The notes under the pieces were generated by a model. It was not told the origin of the DNA, made no database searches, and saw nothing but the letters and a program-made list of their open reading frames with translations. Positions 15,701 to 26,446 of a stretch of DNA of 33,965 nt are shown piece after piece. The stretch spans positions 1 through 33,965 of the forward strand of contig CAJOED010000020.1 in the NCBI GenBank assembly GCA_905233335.1, read 5' to 3'. Position 1 is the first letter of the stretch; every line of letters begins with the position of its first letter. Both the position numbers and the translations under genes were made by a program. This DNA is from an uncultured Synergistales bacterium. GTDB taxonomy: Bacteria; Synergistota; Synergistia; Synergistales; Aminobacteriaceae.

Positions 15701-15868
15701 GAAAAAATTTCTCCTCTCAAAAAATTTTGCGCTTTATGATAACACTTTGAACGTAAAAAAATTTTCTGACATTGTGCAACGTGTATAATACTTTTCAAAA
15801 TTTACCTAGAAATACAAATGGAGATGACAGATTTTTTATGACGAGTAAAAACTTTATGATTGTGTTGA

Positions 15869-16327
15869 ATGATGATGAGCGATGATAATTATTTCATGAC
15901 GGCAGCACTTGATGAGGCAAGAGACGCTTTCACTCGCGGTGATGTTCCCGTCGGAGCATTGATAGTTCGCGGCGGAGAAGTTCTTTCACGAGGGAGCGAC
16001 CGAAAAGCACAAGACCCGACAGAGCACGCAGAAATTATCGCGATACGTTCATGTGCAGAGAAACTCGGACGGTGGAATCTCTCCGGGTGTACGCTGTATG
16101 TTACGCTTGAGCCTTGTCCGATGTGTGCGGGTGCTTGCGTGAATGCTAGAGTGTCGCGCGTGGTGTACGGTGCGAAAAATTATCGTTCGGGTGCGGGCGG
16201 AACTCTGTACAACATTCTCAATGATACGAGGCTGAATCATATCTGCAGGGTTGAGGCGGGAATTATGAGCCGTGAATGTCTGACTGTGCTTCAGGAATAT
16301 TTTTTGCGCAGGAGAAAAAGAACATGA
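15869..16327 (+). CDS. tadA: tRNA adenosine(34) deaminase
   Basis: 152 aa with CDA zinc motifs HAEIIAI and LEPCPMCAGA. Size and N-terminal FMTAALDEA are typical of TadA. Confidence 0.9.
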   Translation: MMMSDDNYFMTAALDEARDAFTRGDVPVGALIVRGGEVLSRGSDRKAQDPTEHAEIIAIRSCAEKLGRWNLSGCTLYVTLEPCPMCAGACVNARVSRVVYGAKNYRSGAGGTLYNILNDTRLNHICRVEAGIMSRECLTVLQEYFLRRRKRT

Positions 16328-16457
16328 CACTATATGAACTCATGGTACAATGCGCGGAGAATACATGCCTCACACGATGCAAGCAGGCTACAACAGCGGG
16401 ACAAACTATCATGCTTCATAACACAGCAGGAGAACACGCACAAAGGAGAGAATTATC

Positions 16458-18123
16458 ATGCTTCCCACGTGCCTGATGTCCGACCTCAAAATCTATCACC
16501 CCGGCGACTATACCCGTCAGCTTGCGAGTGAGCTGTCATGTCCCGAACTTGCCGCAGGAGTACTCGAAATGCTCAAAGGCAGCGAAGACCTCAAAACCCT
16601 CCGCGAATGGATACACCCGGACTTTTCCCGTCAGATGGAGAGCCTCGAACTTGGCCGGGCAAGCAAAGAAGCAAAAACACTATGGGAGTCGAAAAGTTCA
16701 TTCGGCAACGTCTTAGTGTACGGGGACTACGACACCGACGGCATATCATCAACCGTTCTTGCTATGGAGATATTCCGCAACAAGGCCGCACAAGTACGCT
16801 ACTTCATTCCGCGAAGGGACGTTCACGGCTACGGGCTGAATGCGGGAGTTCTTGAACACATTGCCGCATCTGGGTGCAACACTCTCATAGTTGTAGACTG
16901 CGGAACAAATGACTCTGAAATGCTCGAAAAGTTACGCACGGCAGGAATAAATATTTTTGTGTTCGATCATCATTCTGTTTCTGCTCCCGTAACTATACCT
17001 ACAATCGTAAATCCCTGCATCAACATGGAAGCCGGCGACCTGCAGAAAATTTGCGCTACTGCTGTGTTATGGTGCTGGGCGTGGAAAGAAAATATTGTTT
17101 CCCGGAAATTCCTTCAGTATGAAGTCGACCTCGTAGCACTCGCAACCATCGCTGACTGTATGCCCCTTCACAACCTCAACCGTTCACTTGTGCGCTACGG
17201 AATGAACTTAATGAGAAGCAACCCGCGCCGGGGATTAAGTGCGTTGTTCGACTGTCTCGGCATCAACAAGTCGCAGTTGTCGGAAGAACATCTCTCTATG
17301 CGCGTCATTCCCTGCCTCAATGCACCCGGAAGAATCGCTACGGCTGACACAGGAGTCCGGGCGTTGCTCGGAACAGGAAGCAATGACTCGGTGTATGCGT
17401 GCGTGAACGACCTCATGAGGATTAACCGCAAGCGTCAGACACTCACAGAGAATATTGCGCACGAGATAGACGACGGAATTTTGACGGGGACAATCACGAA
17501 TAACGTTCTCTACAATGGCACTTGGCCTATAGGAGTGTTGAGCGGAGTAGCAAGCAGAATTTGCACTTGCCGCTCCCGTCGGAAGCAAAGTAGTTCGTGG
17601 AACATTGCGAGTCCCTGAAGGCGGAGATGCTGTCGGTGTCCTTCGTGAGATTGCCGGAAAGCTCGACGCGTGGGGCGGGCACAAATACGCTGCTGGTTTC
17701 TCCGTGCTCGTCGAGAACTGGCCGGAAGTCTGCTCGGAACTTGAACGAATGCTCACGGACATAGAGATAAAGCCCGAAGGTGTTACGCCCGTCATCAGCA
17801 TATCTCCGTCGGACATATCCATTTCGGACTGGCGCGCGGTGTCTGCTCTCGGGCCTTTCGGGAACAACAACCCGTCGCCGAAATTCTACATCGATATGAA
17901 CAGCATCAACGCAGAAATCAACCCTATGGGCAAGGAAGGACGGCACAGCTATATCCGCGTCAACAATGCGAGGCTGTTAGCGTTCAACACTCCCGCAAGC
18001 GACGTAGTAGATATGATTGGGCGCGTAAAAGGTTGGGTATATCACCCGCGGCTGGATTACTGGAGGAATGAGGAGCAATTACAGTTCATACTTGATTGCG
18101 CCGTTACGGAAGGAGGCGTTTAG
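16458..18123 (+). pseudogene. recJ: single-stranded-DNA-specific exonuclease RecJ, split by a frame break
   Basis: ORF 16458-17618 has DHH motifs GDYDTDGISS, VVDCGTND and VFDHHS. ORF 17605-18123 (frame open from 17551) has DHHA1 GGHKYAAGF. AAGGAG RBS before ATG 16458. recJ-rel-dtd synteny supports the call. Confidence 0.85.
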
Positions 18124-18124
18124 T

Positions 18125-20452
18125 TTGCCCGATGCCCTTGAAACTCTTGAAACAGGCGGTGAAACTTTTTCGTCAATAATTAACAGTGTACCTTCAATAG
18201 ATAATTCGTCGAGCTATCTGCATGATATGTATGCTTTGCGTGATGAGTTCTTTGCGAAAATCCCCGAAAAATCCCAGAAGGAGTGCGTGCGTTCTGTATG
18301 GCAGGAGTTATGGGCTAAGGCTATGCTCTCACTCACTCCCGAACAAATGAACAGACTCGGTGAAGCGTTCGTGTTCTCTGCGATTGCCCACAAGGATCAG
18401 TTACGCAAGTCAGGAGATCCGTATATAGTTCACACTTTGAGTGCGGCGTTGATTCTGGCGGATATGCGGCTTGATATGTCGACACTTGAGGCGGCACTTC
18501 TCCATGACACTCTTGAAGATACTGATGTAACAAGCGAGGAACTCACAGAAAAATTCGGTGCTGACGTTGAGACTCTCGTGAAGGGCGTAACGAAATTAGC
18601 GCATGATGACGTAAAAGAGTTCATGTCCCGCGAGGATCTTACGAGTGAAAATTTGCGGCGTATGTTTATCGTTATGGCTCGTGATATTCGGGTGGTACTG
18701 ATAAAACTTGCTGACCGTCTGCACAACATGAGGACTCTTGATGTCATGAAGCCGGAAAAGCAGGAACGTATAGCCCGTGAGACTATGGAGATTTACGCAC
18801 CTCTTGCGCACCGACTCGGCATATATCACATGAAGAGGGAGCTTGAGGATCTTTCGTTCATGTACTTGCAGCCGGATATATATGCGGAAGTTAAGCGTCG
18901 TGTGAAGAAGCGTATGCCCAAAATGGAGGAAGTCATCGAGAAGGCGCGCGCAATTCTTGAGGACAGACTGCAGAGAGAAAATATACCGTGCAGGATTAAG
19001 GGACGTTCAAAGCACTATTACAGCATTTACGAGAAGATGCAGAGAAAGAAAATTTCCTTTGATGAGCTGTATGATATTCTTGCGGTGCGTGTTCTGGTGT
19101 CTGATGTTACGACGTGTTATTCTGTGCTTGGTATCGTGCATTCGTTATGGGTGCCTGTTCCCGGACAGTTCGACGACTACATAGCAACCCCGAAAAGCAA
19201 CATGTACCAGTCATTGCACACAACAGTAATGGCATTCGGTGTTCCTCTTGAAGTGCAGATACGTACATACGAGATGAATCACTTTGCGGAATACGGAATA
19301 GCGGCTCACTGGGTGTACAAGGCCGGAGGAAGCAGAAAGCTCATCAAGGGACTCGACGCAAAATTGATGTGGGTACGTCAAGCATTAGAGGCCGGGCAGG
19401 ACGGGGACAGCAAAGAGTTCATGGACGTTCTGAAGAGTGATATATTGCTGACGAGTGAGCTTTATGTTTTCACGCCCGACGGGAAACCCATGATACTCCC
19501 GAACGGATCTACGACGCTGGATTTTGCTTATGCTGTACATACTGAAGTCGGAAATCACTGCGTCGGTGCACAGATTAATGGACGAATTGTCCCGCTCAAC
19601 ACACAGCTTCACAACGGCGATATAGTTCGCATACTGACATCACCGAACGGCTCCCCCTCAAAGGACTGGCTCAAGATAGTGAGTTCGGCCAAGACGAGAA
19701 GCAAAATACGGAGCTACTTCAAGCAGGCAGAGAAGGACGAACGCGACGAGAAACTTGAACGCGGCTGGAAACTCATAGAGCGCGAACTCAAACGCCGGGG
19801 CTTGAACGACGTAACACGGGCGGACTTCAACAACATAGACGAACAGCTAATAGCAGTCGGGTCGGGGTCAATAGGGCCGGGAGAAGCCGCACAGAAACTT
19901 TCACTCGCATATTTGCAGCATCATTCAGGAGCACAGCAGACAGCACCCGTAGAAATCACCCCTGAACCTCCCGCACAGAAAAAGGACAACAAGTCGGATA
20001 TTCTCGTTGAGGGTGAAGGTGGAGTCAGCGTAACTCTCGCAAGCTGCTGCGACCCCGTACCTGGTGATGAGATTATCGGCTATTCGTCGGTGAGAAGAGG
20101 AATAACGATACACCGCGCCGACTGTAAGAGCGTGAAAAGCAGAAAGGACGACAGAATAGTGAATGTCTCGTGGGCATCACAGGACACAGAGAGCGTCAGT
20201 CCTCCCCGAAAAGCGAAACTCTACACGGCACGCCTCAAAGTTGAGGGAGTAGACCGCGAAGAATTATTGTCGGACGCAACCCGTGCACTTGGCCTTGAGG
20301 GAAGCTCGATAGTCGGCATTAAGGCTACAATGGCGGGAAATAGTTTAATGCGTATGAAAATAGAATTGCGCGTGAAAAATCTTGAGCACCTGTATTCTGT
20401 CATGGCAAGACTGAATGAGATACGCGGAATTATTGAGGTAACAAGGGGGTAA
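18125..20452 (+). CDS. relA: bifunctional (p)ppGpp synthetase/hydrolase (RelA/SpoT homologue)
   Basis: HD hydrolase motif LHDTLEDT. Synthetase motifs RIKGRSKHYYSIYEKM, DILAVRVLV and EVQIRT, plus TGS and C-terminal ACT regions. Start chosen at TTG 18125 (AGGAGG 8 nt upstream, 2 nt after the recJ stop) rather than the track ATG 18068 inside recJ. Confidence 0.9.
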   Translation: MPDALETLETGGETFSSIINSVPSIDNSSSYLHDMYALRDEFFAKIPEKSQKECVRSVWQELWAKAMLSLTPEQMNRLGEAFVFSAIAHKDQLRKSGDPYIVHTLSAALILADMRLDMSTLEAALLHDTLEDTDVTSEELTEKFGADVETLVKGVTKLAHDDVKEFMSREDLTSENLRRMFIVMARDIRVVLIKLADRLHNMRTLDVMKPEKQERIARETMEIYAPLAHRLGIYHMKRELEDLSFMYLQPDIYAEVKRRVKKRMPKMEEVIEKARAILEDRLQRENIPCRIKGRSKHYYSIYEKMQRKKISFDELYDILAVRVLVSDVTTCYSVLGIVHSLWVPVPGQFDDYIATPKSNMYQSLHTTVMAFGVPLEVQIRTYEMNHFAEYGIAAHWVYKAGGSRKLIKGLDAKLMWVRQALEAGQDGDSKEFMDVLKSDILLTSELYVFTPDGKPMILPNGSTTLDFAYAVHTEVGNHCVGAQINGRIVPLNTQLHNGDIVRILTSPNGSPSKDWLKIVSSAKTRSKIRSYFKQAEKDERDEKLERGWKLIERELKRRGLNDVTRADFNNIDEQLIAVGSGSIGPGEAAQKLSLAYLQHHSGAQQTAPVEITPEPPAQKKDNKSDILVEGEGGVSVTLASCCDPVPGDEIIGYSSVRRGITIHRADCKSVKSRKDDRIVNVSWASQDTESVSPPRKAKLYTARLKVEGVDREELLSDATRALGLEGSSIVGIKATMAGNSLMRMKIELRVKNLEHLYSVMARLNEIRGIIEVTRG

Positions 20453-20458
20453 CAAGTT

Positions 20459-20899
20459 ATGAGGCTTCTGATACAGAGAGTAAAGCGTGCGGCAGTTACT
20501 ATAGAGGGAAAAGAACGGCGCGAAATCGGGCAGGGTATGTGCGTCTTTATCGGCGTAACTCACAATGACGACACAAAAAAAGCTGACTGGCTCGCGGAAA
20601 AAATGTCGGGCTTGCGTATATTTGAGGACGACGACGGAAAAATTAATCTCTCACTGCAGGACATCGGCGGTGATGTGTTATTAGTTTCGCAGTTCTCATT
20701 GTACGCCTCGTGCGCAAAGGGACGACGACCCAGCTTCACTGATGCCGCAAAACCTGATGAGGCCGAGAAGCTCTACGATTACTTTGTGTCGAAAGTGCAG
20801 AGCATGGGACTTCACAAGGTATCATGCGGTGAGTTCGGCGCGAACATGGAAGTAGAAATCATCAACGACGGCCCATTGACCTTCATAATTGACGCATAA
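20459..20899 (+). CDS. dtd: D-aminoacyl-tRNA deacylase
   Basis: 146 aa. MRLLIQRV start, SQFSLYA and NDGPLTF motifs are typical of Dtd. Located downstream of rel as in Firmicutes. Confidence 0.9.
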   Translation: MRLLIQRVKRAAVTIEGKERREIGQGMCVFIGVTHNDDTKKADWLAEKMSGLRIFEDDDGKINLSLQDIGGDVLLVSQFSLYASCAKGRRPSFTDAAKPDEAEKLYDYFVSKVQSMGLHKVSCGEFGANMEVEIINDGPLTFIIDA

Positions 20900-20929
20900 C
20901 AGAGAGTAACAGAAAGGACAAAGATTAAC

Positions 20930-21565
20930 ATGAACTATAAGCGTTTTCCGTTGGGAGCACTATGGACTAACGGTTATTTGTTTTGGGACGATGACACGCA
21001 TGAAGCCTTCTTCATTGATCCGGGCGGGGACACTCACGAGGTCAGAGAGTTTCTCGACGCTCACAATCTCACGCTGAAAATGATACTCCTCACTCACGGC
21101 CATATAGATCACATTGCGGGCATTCATGAGCTTGTGCCTTTTGTCGGAAACAATATATACATCGGCGAAAAAGATGCGCACATGCTCCGTAAACCGTCGG
21201 GGCAGCTTCAGTCGTTGCTTGGCGTTCATTGTGAGGGGCTGAATGATTTTCACGAGGTCAGCGAGGGAAGAGTGATAGATTTTCCCGGCTACAGCATAAA
21301 GGTAATGGAGACTCCCGGACACACAGAAGGCAGCGTTTGCTACATGATAACGGACAAGGACGGGCATAAAGTATTAGTTTCGGGCGATACACTTTTCGCG
21401 CAGAGTGTCGGACGTACTGACTTGGAGGGCGGCGATGACCTGAAACTTGAAGCATCACTACGGCGGCTTGACACATTGCAGGACGGACTTCATGTTATGC
21501 CTGGACACGGGCCGGATACGTCAATCGGTGAAGAGCGCGAACTCAACCCATACTGGCCAAGATAG
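20930..21565 (+). CDS. MBL-fold metallo-hydrolase (glyoxalase II/YcbL-like)
   Basis: 211 aa with metal motif THGHIDH, plus downstream TPGHTEGS and GDTLF. Confidence 0.8.
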   Translation: MNYKRFPLGALWTNGYLFWDDDTHEAFFIDPGGDTHEVREFLDAHNLTLKMILLTHGHIDHIAGIHELVPFVGNNIYIGEKDAHMLRKPSGQLQSLLGVHCEGLNDFHEVSEGRVIDFPGYSIKVMETPGHTEGSVCYMITDKDGHKVLVSGDTLFAQSVGRTDLEGGDDLKLEASLRRLDTLQDGLHVMPGHGPDTSIGEERELNPYWPR

Positions 21566-21583
21566 AGAGAGGACTCACACAGA

Positions 21584-22639
21584 ATGTTCAAATACATATC
21601 GGGCAAATTAGGAATGGATGTCGGCATTGATTTAGGCTCGTCGAATATCGTCGTGTACGTTAAGGACAAAGGCATAGTGTTAAGTGAACCGTCAGCCGTT
21701 GCAGTAAAGAAGCTCCCTCGCGGTGAAGGGCTTGAAGTTATTGCTGTCGGTCGGGACGCAAAAGCAATGTCGGGAAAAGTTCCGGCTGGTATTGAGGCGA
21801 TATGGCCGCTTGAAGGCGGAGTGATTGCGAATTTCGACATGACTCAGGAACTCATAAAGCACTGTTTGAGGCGCGTAAATTCGGGAAATACATTCATGGT
21901 ACACCCTAGAGTCGTAATCTCAATCCCTGCAGAAGTTACAGAAGTGGAACGCAAAGCCGTAATCGACGCAACACTAGGAGCAGGAGCAAGCGAGGCATAT
22001 ATCGTTGAGGAACCAATAAGTGCGGCACTAGGTGTCGGACTTCCCATAGACAAGCCCAGCGGGTGCATGGTCATAGATATAGGCGGCGGGACAAGTGAAG
22101 TCAGCGTAATATCACTAGGCGGCATCGTCGTAACGAGTTCTTTACGTACAGCAGGGAAGATGATGGATAATGCTATCGTTGCTATGGTGCGTTCACGTTA
22201 TGCGCTGCTCATCGGCGACACCACAGCAGAAGAAGTCAAGAACACAATCGGCTCTGCTCTTCCGCTTGATGAGGAACTCGAAATGAACGTAAAAGGCCGG
22301 GACTTGTCGGACGGACTCCCGAAAAGCGACAAAGTGTCATCCATAGAAGTACGCGAGGCAATGGAGCCTATATTCACTGGAATAGAAGACATGGTGAAGG
22401 TTGCCCTCGAAAAAATGCCGCCCGAACTCGCAAAAGATGTAGTCGACAGGGGCATAATCTTAACGGGAGGAGTTGCGTTGATGCGTGGTTTCAGTGAGAG
22501 GTTATCACGCGCGATAAATACTCCCGTCATAGTTGCCGAACAGCCGCTGTATTCTGTGGCACTTGGTGTCGGAAAGATACTCGATAATCTCGGAGCAATG
22601 CGCCGGGTTCTTGTGTCGGTTGAACGCGGTTCACGTTAA
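21584..22639 (+). CDS. mreB: rod shape-determining actin homologue MreB
   Basis: 351 aa with actin-fold phosphate loops GIDLGSSN and DIGGGTSEV. Followed by mreC and mreD. Confidence 0.92.
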   Translation: MFKYISGKLGMDVGIDLGSSNIVVYVKDKGIVLSEPSAVAVKKLPRGEGLEVIAVGRDAKAMSGKVPAGIEAIWPLEGGVIANFDMTQELIKHCLRRVNSGNTFMVHPRVVISIPAEVTEVERKAVIDATLGAGASEAYIVEEPISAALGVGLPIDKPSGCMVIDIGGGTSEVSVISLGGIVVTSSLRTAGKMMDNAIVAMVRSRYALLIGDTTAEEVKNTIGSALPLDEELEMNVKGRDLSDGLPKSDKVSSIEVREAMEPIFTGIEDMVKVALEKMPPELAKDVVDRGIILTGGVALMRGFSERLSRAINTPVIVAEQPLYSVALGVGKILDNLGAMRRVLVSVERGSR

Positions 22640-23406
22640 TGGACAACACACGCAACACAACGCGCGAATGGATACACGGACTTACGGCGTTAATACTCGC
22701 TTTGTTTCTCTTGGGCGTAAGTTCGGGTCTCGGCATTCAGAAAAGCATCGTAGACATCTGGGGCGCAATACTCTCAATCCCTGAATACCCAGCTGTAGTC
22801 ATGCGTGAAATGTATTTGGGCTGGCGTTCATGGTCGCGCGACAAGAACTCACTGAACGAAGAAGTTACCCGCCTCCGCAACGAAAACGCAAAACTCCGTC
22901 TTGACCTCGCGAAAATCACCAGCGGAAATGTCTACGTTGCATCACAAGATGAGGTTAGGACAGCAAGAGTTACTCTCCGTGCGCCTATGTCGTGGTGGAG
23001 TGAGATACGCATAGACCGCGGCGAACAGGACAAAATCACGCAGGGGCTTCCTGTGTTCTACAACGGGTACTTAATCGGGCGTGTCAGCAACGTGTCATTG
23101 ATGTCATCATGGGCTGAACTGATAACGTCATCGAGCTTCATGATTCCGGCGGTGATTGAGGAGACTCGCGAACTCGGCGTAGTTGCGGGCGACGGGAACG
23201 GTACAGTGCTCATGAAGTATATCCCCGTAAGCAGGGCTGTAAGAGCTGGCATGAAGGTCAGTACGGCGATGATAGGCGAGCAACTTCCTCCCGGACTCCC
23301 GATAGGACAGATAGCGGGTGAAATTTCGACGGGTGCGGATGGTTATGCAACGTACAGGATAAATCCCGGTGCGGATCTTTCGAGATTTTACACGGTGAAT
23401 TACTGA
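22639..23406 (+). CDS. mreC: rod shape-determining protein MreC
   Basis: 255 aa: N-terminal TM helix, coiled-coil LNEEVTRLRNENAKLRLDL and a beta-rich C-terminal part. TAATG overlap with mreB. Positional support is strong. Confidence 0.8.
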   Translation: MDNTRNTTREWIHGLTALILALFLLGVSSGLGIQKSIVDIWGAILSIPEYPAVVMREMYLGWRSWSRDKNSLNEEVTRLRNENAKLRLDLAKITSGNVYVASQDEVRTARVTLRAPMSWWSEIRIDRGEQDKITQGLPVFYNGYLIGRVSNVSLMSSWAELITSSSFMIPAVIEETRELGVVAGDGNGTVLMKYIPVSRAVRAGMKVSTAMIGEQLPPGLPIGQIAGEISTGADGYATYRINPGADLSRFYTVNY

Positions 23407-23873
23407 TGCTGTTAGTTATCTTATGGCTCATTCAGGATTTTCTGACGGTTTTCAGCGGCGGCGGTATGCAGATTCCCGGACTGTTCATGCTTGGGGTGGT
23501 GTACAAGCTGTTTGTTGACGAGGGAAGCGACGACTCACTTTGGGCAATATGGAGCGCGTTTGCGGGTGGGATCCTTTGGGACTTGCGGTGGATCGGTGTG
23601 CCTGGTTTCTTCACGCTTGGCTATGTAGTTGTTGTGCTGGTGGTGATACAGGTTTGGGGACTGATACCTCCTCAAGGCCGTGCGTCGGGATCGAGTCTGC
23701 TGGTGTTCGTTCTGCTTGAGGTTTCGCAGTTGGTGCCGCCCATGCTGCCTGTATTGATTTTGGGAGGTGCGGCGGGGTGGAATTATTTTTTGATGCAGCA
23801 GGTTTATTCACTTCCGGCGATAATGATAACGATGTACATTTACTTACGGAGAGTAAGAAGTAACAAGGTGTAA
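23406..23873 (+). CDS. mreD: rod shape-determining protein MreD
   Basis: 155-aa polytopic membrane protein. TGATG overlap with mreC. The call is mainly positional. Confidence 0.7.
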   Translation: MLLVILWLIQDFLTVFSGGGMQIPGLFMLGVVYKLFVDEGSDDSLWAIWSAFAGGILWDLRWIGVPGFFTLGYVVVVLVVIQVWGLIPPQGRASGSSLLVFVLLEVSQLVPPMLPVLILGGAAGWNYFLMQQVYSLPAIMITMYIYLRRVRSNKV

Positions 23874-23875
23874 TT

Positions 23876-25588
23876 ATGGAGATACTAGACAGCAGACTAA
23901 AATTATTCCTCTACAGCATGACACTATCAATCATGATATTAATCAGCGGGCTGTACTTCTGCCAGATATACCAGGGCGACAAATACATACGGCTTGCACA
24001 CAACAACAGGTTACGGATGATACGTTTTCCCGCACCTAGGGGAGAAATTTTCGACCGTAACGGAGTCCCTCTTGCGGTGAATGATACTACGTTCTGCATC
24101 ATGGGCTATCCTCTTGACCTCAACACCCCGGCCAAGCTCGAACACTTGAGCAGGATACTCAAACGGCACGGCATACCCATAACAGTAGCAGACCTCGAAA
24201 AGACGATAAAGCAGCAGAGACTCGCCCCGTACCGCGTCATGAAGATAGTACCCAACCTCACGATGACACAGATGGCGGAGCTTGTTGCTGATTACGAGTT
24301 CCCGCATGAGTTATTCCCGTTAAGTGTGTGGCGCAGAACTTACCCGGCAGGACCGACAGCGGCGAACATTTTGGGTTACGTCGGCGAAATCTCCGAAGAG
24401 GAACTCAAAGCACGGGCTGAAGACGGCTACACGGGCGGGGATCTCATCGGCAAGTCCGGGATTGAGAGAAGCTACGAGGCAATATTGCGCGGTTCTCCCG
24501 GTCAGGAAGCACTAGAGGTTGACGCACGAGGCCGCAAAGTTCGCACTCTCGACGCAAACAACGCGGTGAAAGGAGAAGACATACACCTTACTCTCGACAT
24601 GGGAGCACAGAAAATGGCTGTTGAGCTTCTAGGCAGCAACAAGGGAGCACTAATCGCTATGGACGTTCACACAGGAGCAGTAATCGCGCTCGCCTCAAGC
24701 CCCGTTTACGACAACAACCCGTTAGCGTGGGGAATTTCCGGTCGTGAGTGGGTTGCTCTCATGAATGACCCTGCCCGTCCCATGCTGAACAGAGCTATAG
24801 CCGGTGTGTATCCTCCAGCGAGCACGTTCAAGGCGTTCATGTCGATAGCGTGCCTTGAAGAGAACGTCATAACTCCATCGAGCATGTACACCTGCCGGGG
24901 CGGATTACGTTTTGCGACTCACACGTTCAAGTGCTGGAAACATTCGGGGCACGGAGGCTTGAATGTCTTGGGAGCGTTACAGCACTCATGCGATGTCTTT
25001 TTCTACCAGGTCGGAATGAAGGCAGGCATTGACAAGCTCATAAAGTGGGGGCGTAAGTTTCACTTGGGAGAACCGACCGGGATAGATTTACCCGGTGAGA
25101 GCGGCGGAAATATCGCGGGTGCAGAGTGGAAAATGCGACGCTTCAAAACTACATGGGGAACAGGCGACACAATCAACTACTCTATAGGTCAGGGCTATAT
25201 GCTGATGACACCGATCCAGATTGCGAGGGTTTATGCGGCGATTGCTAACGGCGGGAAAATGGTAACGCCACACTTCAACAGGAACGCCTACAAGACACCC
25301 GAAGACATCGGACTTACCCCGGAGAAACTTGCGGTAGTGCAGAAGGGACTCGGCTACGTCGTCAGCAGGGGAACGGGATCTCGTGCCGGGCGTTTCGGTG
25401 TGAGCATTGCGGGCAAGACCGGGACGGCGCAGAACTCTCACGGGGACGATCACGCGCTGTTTGCCGGCTATGCTCCTGCTGAAAATCCCAAGTATGTTGC
25501 TGTTGCTGTTGTTGAGGCGGGCAAACATGGGAGCAGTGTTGCGGCACCGATGGTCGGACAGTTATTAGCGCACCTTCTATCACATTGA
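23876..25588 (+). CDS. mrdA: penicillin-binding protein 2 (elongasome transpeptidase)
   Basis: 570 aa with an N-terminal anchor. Transpeptidase motifs STFK (SxxK), SCD (SxN/D) and KTGTA. Located after mreBCD. Confidence 0.88.
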   Translation: MEILDSRLKLFLYSMTLSIMILISGLYFCQIYQGDKYIRLAHNNRLRMIRFPAPRGEIFDRNGVPLAVNDTTFCIMGYPLDLNTPAKLEHLSRILKRHGIPITVADLEKTIKQQRLAPYRVMKIVPNLTMTQMAELVADYEFPHELFPLSVWRRTYPAGPTAANILGYVGEISEEELKARAEDGYTGGDLIGKSGIERSYEAILRGSPGQEALEVDARGRKVRTLDANNAVKGEDIHLTLDMGAQKMAVELLGSNKGALIAMDVHTGAVIALASSPVYDNNPLAWGISGREWVALMNDPARPMLNRAIAGVYPPASTFKAFMSIACLEENVITPSSMYTCRGGLRFATHTFKCWKHSGHGGLNVLGALQHSCDVFFYQVGMKAGIDKLIKWGRKFHLGEPTGIDLPGESGGNIAGAEWKMRRFKTTWGTGDTINYSIGQGYMLMTPIQIARVYAAIANGGKMVTPHFNRNAYKTPEDIGLTPEKLAVVQKGLGYVVSRGTGSRAGRFGVSIAGKTGTAQNSHGDDHALFAGYAPAENPKYVAVAVVEAGKHGSSVAAPMVGQLLAHLLSH

Positions 25589-25683
25589 GATAATCTGAAA
25601 AAAATTGCCACTTGCAAAAATCACGCATTCACAAAATAATAATCACACTCAAGAAAAATTTTTTTGAAACATGATGACGGAAA

Positions 25684-26433
25684 ATGAAAATCACTAACTT
25701 ATTGAGAAAGACCCGTAAGCCCGAAGCACACGTGAAAATGGAACGCACTCACTACGGAATGAAATTTTTTCTGCCGGAGAGCCTCACGGAGAGAAATTTA
25801 CTGAAGGAGTTGGCCGGGATACCTGCGAGCGCGTACAAACTTTCAGAGGAGCAGGGCATAGCGTTGGATTTCGGTGGGCGTGCGTGTTCACATGGATTAG
25901 TGCTTCACATGATTAACAGCGTAATTTGGGAGAAGGGCATAAAGGTTACAGCATGGCTCTCACGCAATGAGGACAGCATAAAGCTATTCAGTGCCGCCGG
26001 ACTTTGTACGAGTGAACCTGCCGGAGAAATTCAGCCGGAGAAGAAACCCGATCCCCCTCAACCCGAACGCAAACATGTAGCAGGCTTGAAGGTCGTCTAT
26101 AATTCGATGAGGTCAGGACAGCGGATCGAAACAGAAGGCGACGTACTCGTCTGGGGACATCTCAATCCCGGCGCAGAAGTCGTTGCGGGCGGAAGCGTGA
26201 TTGTTGCAGGACGGCTTCTCGGTGTCGTACATGCGGGGGGCTACGGGCGTGAAGATGTCTTTGTTTGGGCGGGACACTTTGAGACTCCGCAGGTACGTAT
26301 CTCGAACAAGTTATGCTATGCGGACGCGAAATCTACAAGCTGCTGGCGTAAAAGCGTACTCATAACGTTAGAGGACGGAACGCCGGTAATCAGGGAAAAT
26401 AAATTTTTTGCGGCAATCGAGAAAAAATCATGA
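25684..26433 (+). CDS. minC: septum site-determining protein MinC
   Basis: 249 aa. C-terminal beta-helix repeats (RSGQRIETEGDVLVWGHLNPGAEVVAGGSVIVAGRLLGVVHAG) are typical of MinC. A Pro-rich linker precedes them. Confidence 0.85.
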   Translation: MKITNLLRKTRKPEAHVKMERTHYGMKFFLPESLTERNLLKELAGIPASAYKLSEEQGIALDFGGRACSHGLVLHMINSVIWEKGIKVTAWLSRNEDSIKLFSAAGLCTSEPAGEIQPEKKPDPPQPERKHVAGLKVVYNSMRSGQRIETEGDVLVWGHLNPGAEVVAGGSVIVAGRLLGVVHAGGYGREDVFVWAGHFETPQVRISNKLCYADAKSTSCWRKSVLITLEDGTPVIRENKFFAAIEKKS

Positions 26434-26446
26434 CGGAGCATCGTAA

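Noticed and set aside
15702-15803. Recurrent A6T3-4 tracts (GAAAAAATTT, CAAAAAATTTT, TAAAAAAATTTT) in the guaB/tadA divergent region
   Set aside because: They look like generic AT-rich promoter/UP-element DNA. The spacing is irregular and there is no dyad symmetry or match to a known operator.
16276-16531. Small ORFs between tadA and recJ, and the 11-nt repeat TATCATGCTTC (16407 and 16454)
   Set aside because: The repeat is too short to interpret. The ORFs overlap tadA or recJ and lack an RBS, whereas the recJ ATG 16458 has AAGGAG.
17195-17946. Long minus-strand ORFs (17235-17870, 17527-17946) across the recJ frame-break region
   Set aside because: They are antisense to clear RecJ DHH/DHHA1 coding sequence, have no motifs or RBS, and do not explain the break.
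18068-18124. Track start of the rel ORF at ATG 18068, inside recJ
   Set aside because: TTG 18125 has AGGAGG at an 8-nt spacing and begins 2 nt after the recJ stop. The extra 19 residues have no counterpart in RelA/SpoT N-termini that I know of.
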